In this document: positions 50,982 to 64,000 of the stretch, piece by piece
How positions within the stretch are numbered: the first letter of the stretch is position 1
How the letters are laid out: every line of letters starts with the position of its first letter
From: Eledone cirrhosa
Taxonomy: Eukaryota
Length of the DNA stretch: 64,000 nucleotides
Direction: 5' to 3'
Assembly: GCA_964016885.1 (NCBI GenBank)
Contig: OZ024755.1
Location: forward strand, 35,650,001 to 35,714,000
Program-made: the position numbers and the translations under genes
Notes under the pieces: model-generated
What the model saw: the letters and a program-made list of their open reading frames with translations, nothing else
Databases searched by the model: none
What the model was told of the DNA's origin: nothing

Positions 50982-51025
50982 TAGAATATGAATTCGTCTC
51001 CGATTCTGTGAACATATATATATAT

Positions 51026-51250
<225 letters not shown>

Positions 51251-51261
51251 TATATATATAT

Positions 51262-51318
<57 letters not shown>

Positions 51319-51507
51319 TATATATATATACACACACACACACATATATATATATATACACACACACACATATATATATATATACACACACACACATATA
51401 TATATATATACACACACACACGCATACTGTATACACACTTCAACAGCATTCTAATAAACATTGTCTGTATGCTGTGTGTATACATATTTGGGGGACACCC
51501 TTTATAT

Positions 51508-51563
<56 letters not shown>

Positions 51564-51681
51564 GCATACTGTATACACACTTCAACAGCATTCTAATAAA
51601 CATTGTCTGTACGATGTGTGTATACCTATTTGGGGGACACCCTTTATATACACACACACACACATACACACATACACACAT

Positions 51682-51716
<35 letters not shown>

Positions 51717-52209
51717 TACATACACACATACATACATACATACATACAGTATACACACACATCCTATTTCACATCAGTAATGATTAAACCAGTACCCAAG
51801 AGCAAAGATGTTCACATTAATTTAGCATGGTATGATCCCGTAACAGCAGAGGGGTCCGTAGAAGCCCCCTATTGACATGCACCATTTCTAGGGCATTCTT
51901 TAACCGGGTGGAGCCCACTCCTCTACAGGCCTAAATACAGCAGATAGAGAAGGTTTGAGAGTGAGCGAGAGAGAGGAAATGAGAAAGAGACACAGGAAGG
52001 ATCGACCCCCCAGTGTATTACTGGTACTTCATTTCATCAACCTCGAAAGGATGAAAGGTGAAGTTGACCTTGGTGGGATTTGAACTCAGAGAGAAGAGAG
52101 CTGGAGTGAATGCTGCAAAGTATTCTATCAGATGTTCTAACGACTGTCAGTTTGTGGCCTTGGATAACTGAAGAAAAAATACGCTGCTTAGATAACATAA
52201 ACTTTCACA

Positions 52210-52241
52210 AGAGAGAGAGAGAGGGGGAGAGAGAGAGAGGG

Positions 52242-52272
<31 letters not shown>

Positions 52273-52375
52273 GAGAGAGAGAGAGTGTCCATACCATCTC
52301 AGTCTTCTCCCCCACACACCACAACTTATCCCTCTTAAACCCAGTGAAGAAAAAATACGCTGCTTAGATAAACTC

Positions 52376-52447
<72 letters not shown>

Positions 52448-53130
52448 GAGAGAGAGAGATGGGGGGCAGAGAGAGAGAGAGAGAGAGAGAGATGGGGGGG
52501 GGGGGCAGAGAGAGACGAGGGGGGGATAGAAGAGAGAGCAGGAAGGAGGGAGAGTTGAAATGAAAAAGAGAGAGGGGATGGAGGGAAAGGGAGAACGAGG
52601 GGGGGGGTGGAAGGAAAGAGAGAGAGGGAGTGATAGAGGGATGGAAGAAGAGAGAGGGGGTGGAAGGAGAGGGAAATAGTGATAGAGAAATGGATGGAAG
52701 AAGAGAGGGAAAAAGAGAGAGAATGAGAGAGGGAGAGTTAGAGAGAGAGAGAGATAGAGAGCTAGAGGGAGAGCTAGAGAGACAGGGAGAGCTAGAGAGA
52801 GAGAGAGGGAGAGCTAGAGAGAGCTAGAGAGAGAGAGAGGGAGAGAGAGAGAGGGAGAGAGAGAGAAGGAGGGAGAGAGCTAGAAAGAATGAAAGAGGGA
52901 GAGAACTAGAGGGAATGAGAGAGAACTAGAGAGAGGGAGAGCTAGAGAGAATGAGAGAGAGCAAACTAGAGAGAATGAGAGAGAGCGAGCTAGAGAGAGG
53001 GAGAGCTAGAGAGAGAGAGAGGGAGAGAGCTAGAGAGAATGGGAGAGCTAGAGAGAGAGAGAGAGAGGGCCAGCTAGAGAGAGAGAGAGAGGTAGACCTA
53101 GAGAGATTGAGGGAGAGCTAGAGAGAGAGT
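52210..53130. repeat. (GA)n / purine-rich low-complexity tract
   Basis: Seen directly. Confidence 0.95.
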
Positions 53131-53850
53131 TTAGAAATAATTGTGTAAGCATATCAAACAATACAGATAATCAATAATGCAGCATATTAAAGTGCAATAA
53201 ATTATAATAAATTCTTTACTAATATGTTTAATGGCAGTTTTTTTTTTTTATATTGTAAGCTGTTCTAACGAGAAAGAAAAAATTACATCAGGCTATTATA
53301 TTTTGTAAATCAATAAAACGCAGAAATTGATATTGTTACAGTATTGATAATAGCATTATCAATATTATTATTACTATTGTTAAGAATGGGTAAGGAATTG
53401 GTAGAAGTGATTAAGTAGAAGGCTAAATGCTTACAGTATTTAATCTTGTTTCTCTATATTATGGAACTAAATTCCACCAATGTCTTGACCAATTATATTG
53501 TCTCAGAGGTCAGTAATGTCCACAGGTCAGTTCTATTATGACTGTATCCATTCTCATATACAACTATACAACAGATTCGGTATTATTCTTTAGTGAAATG
53601 AGATGAATATTTTGTTGAAAGGTGAGTAAGCAGCGATAAAGACCAACATATTGAATGCATTAAAGCATTATGATACAATCAAATCCTCTGAGGGTTCAAT
53701 ATTTTTATTCCTGCACAATAAATAACTACAACAATTCTTTTGTCAACTAAGTTTGTTTTGAAACAACGAGCAAAATTCGAAATTTAGTAGAAATAGAAGC
53801 TTTTGCCATATTTTTGATTAACAAAATTTTAGCCTGATAGTGGTGTTCAA

Positions 53851-54460
53851 CCCTTTAGTATTTACATTACTCTATATTTATTATTTTCACTATTGTATTT
53901 TCACTATAAAGGTTTTACCTCAATTAATTATCTCACATAAAATCAAATTTACGAGATTTTGATATTATTTATTTTGAGAACAATACCTTAACATCTGTAT
54001 GAGAGGCCAGTTACGGCCAGTTTGAACAGAAAGAGGTGAGAGAATTCTGGCTGGATATGGCTGGTTTAACTCTTTAGCATTTACATTACTCTATATATAC
54101 TATTATATTTTCACAATAAAGGCTTTACCTCACATAATATCGAATCTAAAAGATTTTGATATATTGGCAGTATCAGTAGAGGGTCGGACGCTATGCTTTG
54201 ACACAAAGAGTTATGGCCCTTGCTATTCTGAGTTCAAATCCTACCAAGGTTAACTTTGCCTTTCATCCTTACGGAGTCGATAAAATAACGTACCAGTAAT
54301 GTACTGAGTAATTGCTGGCCTTGTGCCAAAAGTAGAAACAATTATTTATTTTGAGAACAATACCTAAACATCAGTATGAGCGACTGGTTACAGCCAGTTC
54401 GAGCAGAAAGAGGTGAGAGAATTCTGGCCGGATACGGCCGGTTTAAATGCTTAGGGGTTG
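53851..54460 (-). mobile_element. Two adjacent piggyBac-type MITEs, the second interrupted by a family A SINE (~54165-54343)
   Basis: ccctttag../ctctttagc.. starts with family body matches. Confidence 0.75.
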
Positions 54461-55439
54461 AAACCCTCTAAAAACTGCCAAAGGATGAGTATTGTTGTTT
54501 TTAGTTAATATCTGTCTTGGACCTATGGAGGTGTGTGGCTTAGTGTTAAGGGTGCTGGACTTACAATCATAATGTCATGGGTTTGATTCCAGCACTGGAT
54601 GGCTTGTTGCATTCTTCAACAAAAACACGTAATTTAACATTGCTCCAGTCAACTCAACTGTAAAAGAGTACCAGAAGTAACCGGGAATTAACCTTGCGAT
54701 GGACAGGGGGCAATGTGAAGGGGGAGTCTTGTACTCGCAGTCACTTAATTCTTTAGCATTTACATTACTCTATATATACTATTGTACTTTCATGGTAAAG
54801 GCTTTATCTTATATAATATCAAATCTATGAGATTTTGATATTATTTATTTTAAGAACAATACTTTAACATCAGTATGAGTGGCCAGTTATGGTTGGTTTG
54901 AACAGAAAGAGGTGAGAGAATTCTGGCCAGATATGCCCGGTTTAAATGCTGATGAAACTGAGATAAGCAATGGCTTGATAACCCGCTGGCCTTTTGATAG
55001 ATTTTAACTGTTTGTGTTGAACCTAGAAGTTTATCAGATTGGAGACTCCTGGTTTCATGGGGTGTTAATCTACTCAGAGTATAAGACAGGACGGGACTCC
55101 TGGCTGTTGTAAACTTAATCTCTAGTTGCTGCTGGTGCTCATTTTTCAGCTGAATGGACTAAAGCAATGGAAAGTGAAATATCTTGCTTCTGGACACAAA
55201 ACATTGCCTGCTCTGGAGATTGAACACATGACCTTATGATTGGGAGCCCAACACTCTAACCCAGAGGTTCTCAAACTTTTGGGGCCACTGTCCCCCTCAC
55301 AGTCACGTAATACCATCATCACCCACCAACCCTAATTCCAGGGAGACCTGTCTAGATGCAAATTGTAATATATAATAAATAACATTTTTAATTTATATAT
55401 AATAAATAATATAATATATAATATGTATAAATAAATATT

Positions 55440-55688
55440 ATATAGATATGTATTGGAATTTCGTATTTCTAAAGAAATACGGTATGTTTATAAATAAACA
55501 TTTAGAAAGCCGTAGCTATGCAAAAACACCGGCCGCTATTGCTAACTTGATTGTGCCCCTTGCCTCTGCTGGACACCGCCAGGTAGCGATAGCTGCCAGT
55601 GTTTTTTCATAGCTACGGCTTTCTAAATATTTATTTATAAACATGCCGTATTTCTTTAGAAATACAAAATTTCAATACATATCTATAT
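55440..55688. repeat. Fold-back element with ~105-bp arms
   Basis: 55440-55544 is the reverse complement of 55584-55688 with few mismatches. Confidence 0.8.
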
Positions 55689-55764
55689 ACAGCTCTGCTC
55701 GAAGCTAAATTCTAATTCTAAAGATTATATATTTAATATGTATCACTTGATATTTAATATACTA

Positions 55765-55986
55765 CTAGACCACCCGTGACCCGTTGGGTCATGTTCACTT
55801 CAAAATAATTTTTAAATAATTAAAATATACACAGACATGTATATAATGAAACTGGAAGGCCCATATGTATACGTGTGTGTGTATGTATATATATAAATGT
55901 GTGTGTTTGTGTACATTTATATATATATATATGTATGTGTGTGTGTATATATATATATGGGTGTCTGATCTATATACACTGGTCAT

Positions 55987-56017
<31 letters not shown>

Positions 56018-56329
56018 CACACACACACACACATATATATACACAACACCACCCCCCAGCTTTCTCTCTTCCATTCTCCTTCTCTATCTCCTCTCCCTCT
56101 TTCAATCTACTCTCTCACAACCACTATCTCTTTCTCTCTATCTTTCTTTCTCTCTGTTTATGAAGGTACCCGGAAAACCCCATATCTCGGGAACACGCGC
56201 TCCGATTTATGCAAAACTTCTTTCATTCCATTTGTATTCCCAATTCAGGGTCAACGTCATTTCAAAGTATTTTCCCATTATGCGGCATTTTGGCTGTATT
56301 ACATTACAGACAAGCAAGCAAACAAGCAA

Positions 56330-56361
<32 letters not shown>

Positions 56362-56390
56362 TCAATCACAGAATTTTAGTAATATATAGA
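55765..56390 (-). mobile_element. Complete non-autonomous Helitron (626 bp)
   Basis: Minus strand: A|TCTATATATTACTAAAA + (TTGC)n at the 5' end; subterminal hairpin tgaccc-aac-gggtca then CTAG|T at the 3' end; AT target, no TSD. Confidence 0.8.
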
Positions 56391-56619
56391 TATCATTTCT
56401 ACTACCACCTTAGGTCCCAGCACCCCTTCGACCTTCTCAACACTCTACAGGGGGCGGCAGCACCCACTTTAGAATCTCTGATCTAACCATTAGGGCCATT
56501 AATATAGTGGTGTCAACCCATTTGATTTTAAGCCTGTGTTTTATAAAATTACCTTTGTGCCTATGAAACGAATCTATAGTTTTAGAAGGTAATTTTATTG
56601 TTCTCATTGTAGTAGAAAT

Positions 56620-57660
56620 AATAATAATAATAATGAAATTATTGTTTACAGTACTCAGGTGCACTACAACTCATCAAAGGTGCATGTATAGTACATAGAA
56701 TAATGTACAAATGCCAGGAAAGTGAACAGTGTATGAATCATGATATACATGTGTGCGTGTGTATGGAGGGGGGACATCAGGTTTAGTGTTGGAGAATTTC
56801 AGGAATCATGGAGGCTTTAAAGGATGCAGTGTCTCGACAGCTAACAACCGGTGCAGGTAGTTCATTCCATGGAGGTTTTAAAAGATGCAGTGTCTCGACA
56901 GCTAACAACTGATGCAGGTAGTTCGTTCCATGGAGGTTTTAAAGGATGCAGTTTCTCGACAGCTAACAACCGGTGCAGGTAGTTTGTTCCATGGAGGTTT
57001 TAAAGGATGCAGTGTCTCGACAGCTAACAACTGATGCAGGTAGTTCGTTCCATGGAGGTTTTAAAGGATGCAGTGTCTCGACAGCTAACAACCGGTGCAG
57101 GTAGTTTGTTCCATGGAGGTTTTAAAGGATGCAGTTTCTCGACAGCTAACAACTGATGCAGGTAGTTTGTTCCATGGAGGTTTTAAAGGATGCAGTGTCT
57201 CGACAGCTAACAACCGGTGCAGGTAGTTCGTTCCATGGAGGTTTTAAAGGATGCAGTGTCTCGACAGCTAACAACTGATGCAGGTAGTTTGTTCCATGGA
57301 GGTTTTAAAGGATGCAGTGTCTCGACAGCTAACAACCGGTGCAGGTAGATCATTCCATGGAGGTTTTAAAGGATGCAGTGTCTCGACAGCTAACAACTGA
57401 TGCAAGTAGTTTGTTCCATGGAGGTTTTAAAGGATGCAGTGTCTCGACAGCTAACAACTGATGCTGGTAGTTTGTTCTATGGAGGTTTTAAAGGATGCAG
57501 TGTCTCGACAGCTAACAACTGATGCAGGTAGTTTGTTCCAGGGAGGTTTTAAAGGATGCAGTGTCTCGACAGCTAACAACCGGTGCAGGTAGATCATTCC
57601 ATGCTTCAGCAACTCTGAGCTTGAAAACATGTTTCCGTAAGTCATGGGAGCTCTGCTGTG
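56620..57660 (-). mobile_element. CR1/L2-type LINE 3' end with a 61-bp unit amplified ~13 times
   Basis: Minus strand: MFSSSELLKH / WNKLPASVVSCRDTASFK-type C-terminal motif; tandem ~56808-57601; (ATT)n tail. Confidence 0.75.
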
Positions 57661-59074
57661 ATGAGAGTTGTGGTGTTTGTAAACAATTTCAATCCATACC
57701 CTTACTACAACACACATTTCCAAAGTGATTTTTTAATTATTTATTTTAACAGTTTCTGAGAGAAAGGCATAAATATCACCACATCTCATTTTTCTACTTA
57801 AATAACTTGGTTTTCAACTTCATTTCATAATTACAGTATTGTTTCACATTCCTGGTAATAACAGCTATTAACTCTCTTTCAGATATTCCATAATTATTTA
57901 TTTAGGTCTCAAATGATGAAATCAAATATTTTCTTTTCTTTTCTGTCAGAATAAGAAGACATTGTAAGTGAAGCTATTCCCCTTCACAAACTGATTGTTT
58001 AAGAAGGTAGATATTCTCACTCACAATGACAGTCAAAAACATTCTATTTTATCCTTTGAAACCCAACTATAATTGAGAGAAGATCTGGGGACAAAGCAGC
58101 CCTCACAATAGAGTAGAAAGGGCTCTTCAGCCAAGTAAAGAGTATTTCAGTCAAAAATATTTTATCCTTTGAAACCCAACTACAATTAACAGAAGATCTG
58201 GGGACAAAGCAGCCCTCACAATAGGGTAGAAAGGGCTCTTCAGCCAAGTCAAATGACTGACAGCCTTCTTAGTGTTGGTGCCATTGAAAAACAAAAAGCA
58301 CTAAGTAGACTCTGTAAAGTGATTGGTGTTAGGAAGGGCAGATAACCTTGGAAACTATGTTTAAAAAAAAGAGTGGAATGGACTCTTCAGTCATGTCATG
58401 TACATGTCAACCTATTTAGTGCTGGTTCTACGACGAAAATGCACCCTGTACATTCTATAAAGTGGTGTACGTTAGGAGGGTCATCCAGTCATAGAAAACT
58501 TATCAAACAACAGGGTTAAGAGAAATCCGCTGTTGTATTAAGGGCACAAAAACCTCCCTAGTGCTGGTGTCAGAATAAAATGCACCTGGTACAATCTGTA
58601 AAGTGGTTGGTGATAGAAAGAGCATTCAGCTGTAAAGGCCAAGCCCAAACCAGGATCTATGCAAGCAATATGTGGCCCATGGCCTATCTGGAAGGACAGT
58701 AATCCCGATTAAATAATGATTTGGTTTGTGACAACATATCCAGCCCATACCAGCATATGGAAATAGGTTAAATGATGATGATGATGATGATGATGATGGT
58801 GATGATATCAGTAATGTGAGGCATACAAATCAAAACTGAAGTTAAATAAATCTTTCTAATGCTGGGACAAGGCCAGCAATTTATGAGGATGGGCAAGTCA
58901 AATATATTAACTCTAGTATTTGACTGGTACTTTATTTTATCAACTCTGTAAAGATGAAAGGTGAAGCTGACCTCAGTGAGCTTCGAACTCAGAGTGCAAA
59001 ATGTTGGAACAAATATGAGGGCATTTAATCTAACATTCTAAATAACCCTTACAACTCCTTGCCTTACCAATATC

Positions 59075-59407
59075 AATCATCATCATTTTACGTCCACTTT
59101 TTCCTGCTTGCAATGGTGGGACAGGAACTGATTCTGGCTTGATTTCTACAGCTGGATGCCCTTCCTAACACCAACCTCATATACAGTGAGTGCTGGGTGC
59201 TTTTTTTCCGTGGCACCTCCACGACCACTTTACAGTGGAATGATAGGGATTCCAGTCCCTATAATCTCATTTCTACAGCTGAGAAACTGGAGCAATGTGA
59301 AATAAAGTGTCTTGCTCAAGGAAACAACACATCACCCGGTCTGAGAATTGAACCCACAACCTTTCGATTGCAAGGCCAATGCTCTAACCACTAAGCCATG
59401 TGCCTCC
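59075..59407 (-). mobile_element. tRNA-derived SINE, family B
   Basis: Full-length match. Confidence 0.9.
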
Positions 59408-59569
59408 ATTCATCAATAATGGTTTATATTGATTTGGAAAAGCCAGTACAATGCTAGTTAGAAATAAAGGAGTGAAATTGGAGTAAAGTAATATAATAGG
59501 ATTGAACCTAGAATCTCATGATTTAAAAGTAAACTACTGAACCTTCAGCTGTGCTACATCCATGCTTAA

Positions 59570-60199
59570 TCTAGCCTGTGAATCGGCGTTTCCCTGAGGC
59601 TCGGCCTCCAGATCTGCCAGCCACACCAATGTCGCTGCGGTTCCACCGTTGACTCTTTCGGCCTCCACCCGCTTTCCTGTCGCCACAGTGCCGGCTGCAT
59701 TCCACGCCTAGCTGCCCTCATCGAGGTCATTAAGCGTGGCTTGGACGCTGCAGGCTTCCCTTCCCAGCTCGAGCCGGCGGGGCTGGATCGAGGGGACGGC
59801 AAAAGGCCAGATGGCATGACCATCTTCCCGTTCTGCGATGGCAAACCCCTCATCTGGGATGCCACTTGCACCAACACTTTCTGCAGCCGCAACCTGGTGC
59901 AGTCTACGACTGACCCAGGTTCTGCTGCACGTCGGGCTGAAGGGGCCAAACTCATCAAATACCGGTCGCTCTCCGACAGGTTTGCGGTCGTACCCCTGGC
60001 AGTGGAGACTTCTGGTGTCCTCGGCCCCAGGGCTACCTCCTTACTCACCACCATAGGCGCTGAGCTGGCCAGCCGTAGGTGTGAGCCCCACGAAATGGAG
60101 TGGCTTTTCCAGCCCGTCTCCCTTGCCATCCTCCGGGGAAACGCCTTCTCCATTCTGTCCGCCGGGGCTGTGGGTGGGCCCCATCGCGTACCGTTGTAG
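59570..60199 (+). mobile_element. CRE-like non-LTR retrotransposon 3' fragment: CCHC knuckle plus restriction-like endonuclease
   Basis: LRLGL..CRCGSTVDSFGLHPLSC..KRPDGMTIFP..LIWDATC..KY..PLAVETSG..WLFQPVSLAILRGNA (PD..D RLE); GC-rich island. Confidence 0.85.
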
Positions 60200-61554
60200 T
60201 TGAAGAAACGGGAGCTAAATTGTATAGTGATATTAATGTTTGTCAGCCACCTATTACCTCCCTTTCCCTTTCATTCATTCATTTCTCACTCATCTTGAAG
60301 TGTTGTATTTATTATCTCCAGATGCAACATATCTGCAAAACTCTTAATCATTCAGTCATGTGGCAAATATCTCTGCAGCTAACAATAAAATACACAAAGA
60401 GAAAGTTTCTCATTGAGATAGATCCCTGGCAAGTTTTTCCCAGTGTTCTATCGTTAAGCCTAGGTTTCATTTTTTTCAATTCCTATTGACCAAGTACGAT
60501 ACCAACAGAGAGTCACCGAGCTTCTTTTTCTTTTCAATGAAACACCTCATGGAGTGTGATTCGAAGCATAAACATGACTTATTAACTGGGATAGCGAACT
60601 TAATAACATCCTTAATTGCTGTTTGATTGGATGAAAACAAAAACAGTAGAGAGGGAGGGTGGAAAGGAAATGTATATGTGTATCAGGTGAGGTTGGGGAG
60701 GAAGTAGTCAGAAAGCCTACAGAGCAGGTGGTGCTGAGGAAATAGGAAGGAGAATTATGTTGATGGTTCTGCTTGATGACTTTTTCTAGCAGCTTTTCAC
60801 ACCGGATAAACAGCAAGCATTTAGCACTTTTCAGTTGTTTACAAGCAAATAATGTTATGATGGAGGTAGTAATGATAAAGATTGATTGATGAATATATTG
60901 TGGTAGTTATGGTGGGTGATGGTAACGAGGGCAATTATAATAGCAGGACTTTCAGTGATATTATTGGTGCTGTGGTTGTTTGTAATGGTTAATGAGAGAT
61001 GAGTGATATGGCAGACGATTGTGATAATAGTGATGGAGGTAAAAGCTATTTGTTATAAGTGATAGATTATATTGGTATTAATGAAGGAAGTTGACGTTGT
61101 CAGAAGTAATAAACAAAAGAGGGCTTAGTAGCTAAAGTTAACTTGTGTAATTGGTCATGATATGCTGGTGGTACCTTTAATAGCACTAATAGTGTTTGCA
61201 AAATCTCTTAATCTCTACCTCCACTATATTCCAACTTTATGCTGAAATATGGTCTCTGTTCTTATGCAGCAACAAATATATTCAGTTAACCTTTTAGTAT
61301 TTACATTACTCTACTTTTACTGTTGTATTTCCACAGTAAACATTTTACCTCACATAATATCGAATCTACAAGATTTTGATATTATTTATTTTGAGAACAA
61401 TACCTTAACATAAGTATGAGCAGCCGGTTACGGCCGGTTTAAATGCTAAAGAATTAATCTAATCTGCTTCAACACCTCACTTCCTCATCTACAGTCTCAG
61501 CCATTCTCTGAAATCTTCTGCCTACCACCTCCCACCGATATCATCCTTAGTTAT

Positions 61555-61586
<32 letters not shown>

Positions 61587-61756
61587 TGTATAACTGTTTT
61601 TCTACGTTGGTATTGGTTGGACTAGTTGCCATGGTCCGAGATGAGTCAGAGTAGCTCATCTTCATCATACATATTTGACATGTTTTCTACAGCTGGTTGT
61701 CCTTCCTAATAACAACCACTTTTCAGAGTGGACTGGGAATATTTTATAGTCTAAAG

Positions 61757-61931
61757 CATGTCAAACATGTGGCCACATGCTGCATGCGGCCCTTTACAAG
61801 TACACCTGTGGCCTGCACAAACATTTTTACAGTGTTAGCGTAATAAAAAATATTGGTTGTAATGTGTGACCCTCAGACAACACATATATGACCGATGTGG
61901 CCCTCGTGGCACTCTCAATTCGACAGGCCTG
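61757..61931. mobile_element. hAT-type MITE, unexpanded relative of 16832-17528
   Basis: GTCTAAAG on both flanks (61749-61756, 61932-61939); catgtcaaac / ttcgacaggcctg termini; single ccctcagacaacacatat unit. Confidence 0.7.
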
Positions 61932-62489
61932 GTCTAAAGGCCATTCTCTTAGGAAGAGCAGGGTCATTTAGCTGTGCAAGTCCTACAATAGACTTTATAT
62001 TCATCAATGTTTACAAATCTTCTTGGATCTGCCACTACAGACACAGAAGTTACATTGTTTACTGTACAGAACAGCCTGCACCAATTACTGTCATCACCCC
62101 CTCATGAACAACACATCAACTGTTTAATACCTTCTTTCCAACAGAATTACTTTACCCACGTCTATCTCACTTATCTTGAAGAGCTTAAAAAGCCACGAGC
62201 GCATTACTTTTTACAATAAGGAGAGAAGGCAACATGGCCGTCATACAGCCATCTTGCAATAATTAGATATATTTTTTTATACCTTATCATTAGATCAATT
62301 ATTTTTAATGTATATTTAGTCCTTTACCTCTTCTAGAACAGCTGTTAAAACAGCTAAATGTCAAAGACAGTGCTGGACAAGAATACCTCAGAGGACAGAG
62401 ACCACCAGCAGCCAGTGGTCAACAGAGAATCAATCCATGATCCGAGACATCATTGTTTTATATATATGGAACCTTAGTTTTGCTTTTTA

Positions 62490-62840
62490 TGGAAGCACAT
62501 GGCTTAGTGGTTAGAGCATTGGCCTTGCAATCGAAAGGTTGTGAGTTCAATTCTCAGACCGGGTGATGTGTTGTTTCCTTGAGCAAGACACTTTATTTCA
62601 CATTGCTCCAGTTTACTCAGCTGTAGAAATGAGATGATAGGGACTGGGGTCCCTATCATTCCACTGCAAAATGGTCGTGGAGGTGCCAGAGCAAAAAAGC
62701 ACCCAGCACTCACTGTAAATGAGGTTGGTGTTAGGAAGGGCATCCAGCTGTAGAAATCAAGCCAGAATCAGTTCCCGTCCCGCCCTTGCAAGCAGGGAAA
62801 AGCAGACGTAAAATGAAATGATGATGATGAAATGATGATG
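62490..62840 (+). mobile_element. tRNA-derived SINE, family B
   Basis: Full-length match with (GAT)n tail. Confidence 0.9.
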
Positions 62841-62921
62841 GTTGGAAAATCACTGACGAATGTCTAATTTTATCATATGTAACCCATGTGCAACCACGCA
62901 GTATTCTTCTTTCTTCTCATG

Positions 62922-62964
<43 letters not shown>

Positions 62965-63199
62965 AAACCCATGCAAGCGTGGAACATAGACGATAAACGA
63001 TGATGATGATATAATGAAGGAAATGTGGTAAGGAATCAGGTGGACCATAACGCACCAAAGTACTCAATACTTAGGGTAGTAGAGTGGGTAGTAGAGTCCT
63101 ATATATATATAACTATACAGAAAAGAAATGCTGATAGTACACCTCCCTACTTAACTCCCTTCAAGATATCTATACAGAGTGCAGTTCCCAAGTCTGTTT

Positions 63200-63489
63200 T
63201 GATATAATCTGTTGAGTTGGTGTAAGTTTTTTGTCAAGTCAAGAGTACTCAAACTATACAGTCATATAAAAAGATCAACTCATGGTGTGAGTAGGTTATG
63301 CCTGGAAGGAAGGTTGGCTGGTAAGAGAAGCAGAGGGCGGCAGCCAAAACAATGGCTTGACAATGTCAACTTATGGACTGGACTTGACCTTTGCTCTTTG
63401 AACTCTGCTGTTGGTGATTGAACTTTGTGGAGAGAGATATCACATATTGATGTACAGTCTGCAACTGGCGGAATTTAGCATCACAAGAA

Positions 63490-63490
<1 letters not shown>
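63200..63490 (+). mobile_element. Degenerate RTE-like LINE 3' fragment
   Basis: LKLYSHIKR..LEGRLAGKRSRGRQPKQWLDNV. Confidence 0.7.
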
Positions 63491-63558
<68 letters not shown>

Positions 63559-63759
63559 TATATATACACATAAATAAATCAAAATTTTCTCACCTCTCAG
63601 TATAGTACGAAATTCATGAAGTGGATGACTTAAAAGTTGTGATAGTAACTTTAAAGTTAAGCAACACTTTATGATGTGTCTTATGATGAATCACAACAAA
63701 TAAAATAATATTAAACATTGAAATATATCTATGATTAAAAAGAAGTGTCAAAGGAAAAA

Positions 63760-63962
63760 CACACATACACATACACAGAAGTATATATATATATACAGAA
63801 GTATAGATATATATACAGAAGTATATATATATATACAGAAGTATACATATATATACAGAAGTATACACATACACAGAAGTATATATATATATATATACAG
63901 AAGTATACACATACACAGAAGTATATATATATATATATACAGAAGTATACACATACACAGAA

Positions 63963-64000
<38 letters not shown>
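63760..64000. repeat. cagaag+(TA)n minisatellite and (TA)n
   Basis: Seen directly. Confidence 0.9.

Larger units (their letters stand above)
55262..56480. mobile_element. hAT-type MITE inserted in a SINE head and hosting nested elements
   Basis: Termini cagaggttctcaaact / ctttagaatctctg; 8-bp TSD ctctaacc/atctaacc. Confidence 0.65.

Overview
AT-rich, repeat-saturated eukaryotic DNA. The SINE/LINE/microsatellite landscape resembles an octopus or other coleoid cephalopod genome (inference, not verified). The only host coding sequence I found is one 102-bp minus-strand exon (16295-16396) encoding kinase subdomains X-XI of a Greatwall/MASTL-like kinase, so most of the window is probably giant introns. 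The rest is tRNA-derived SINEs, fragments of RTE, CR1/L2, CRE-like and R4/Dong-like LINEs, a DD37D (maT) transposon, piggyBac-, hAT-, Tc1- and Ginger-like MITEs, a non-autonomous Helitron, TE-derived minisatellites and large microsatellites. Almost all ORF-track entries are repeat artefacts. The most interesting signal is non-coding. At least five structurally coherent type I hammerhead-ribozyme motifs plus three decayed ones sit in short (TA)n-embedded modules, probably Penelope-like pLTR or retrozyme-like. An HDV-like ribozyme fold lies at the 5' end of a bipartite RTE-derived element, and several fold-back hairpins recur. All structures were paired by eye, and repeat boundaries are approximate unless TIR/TSD coordinates are given.
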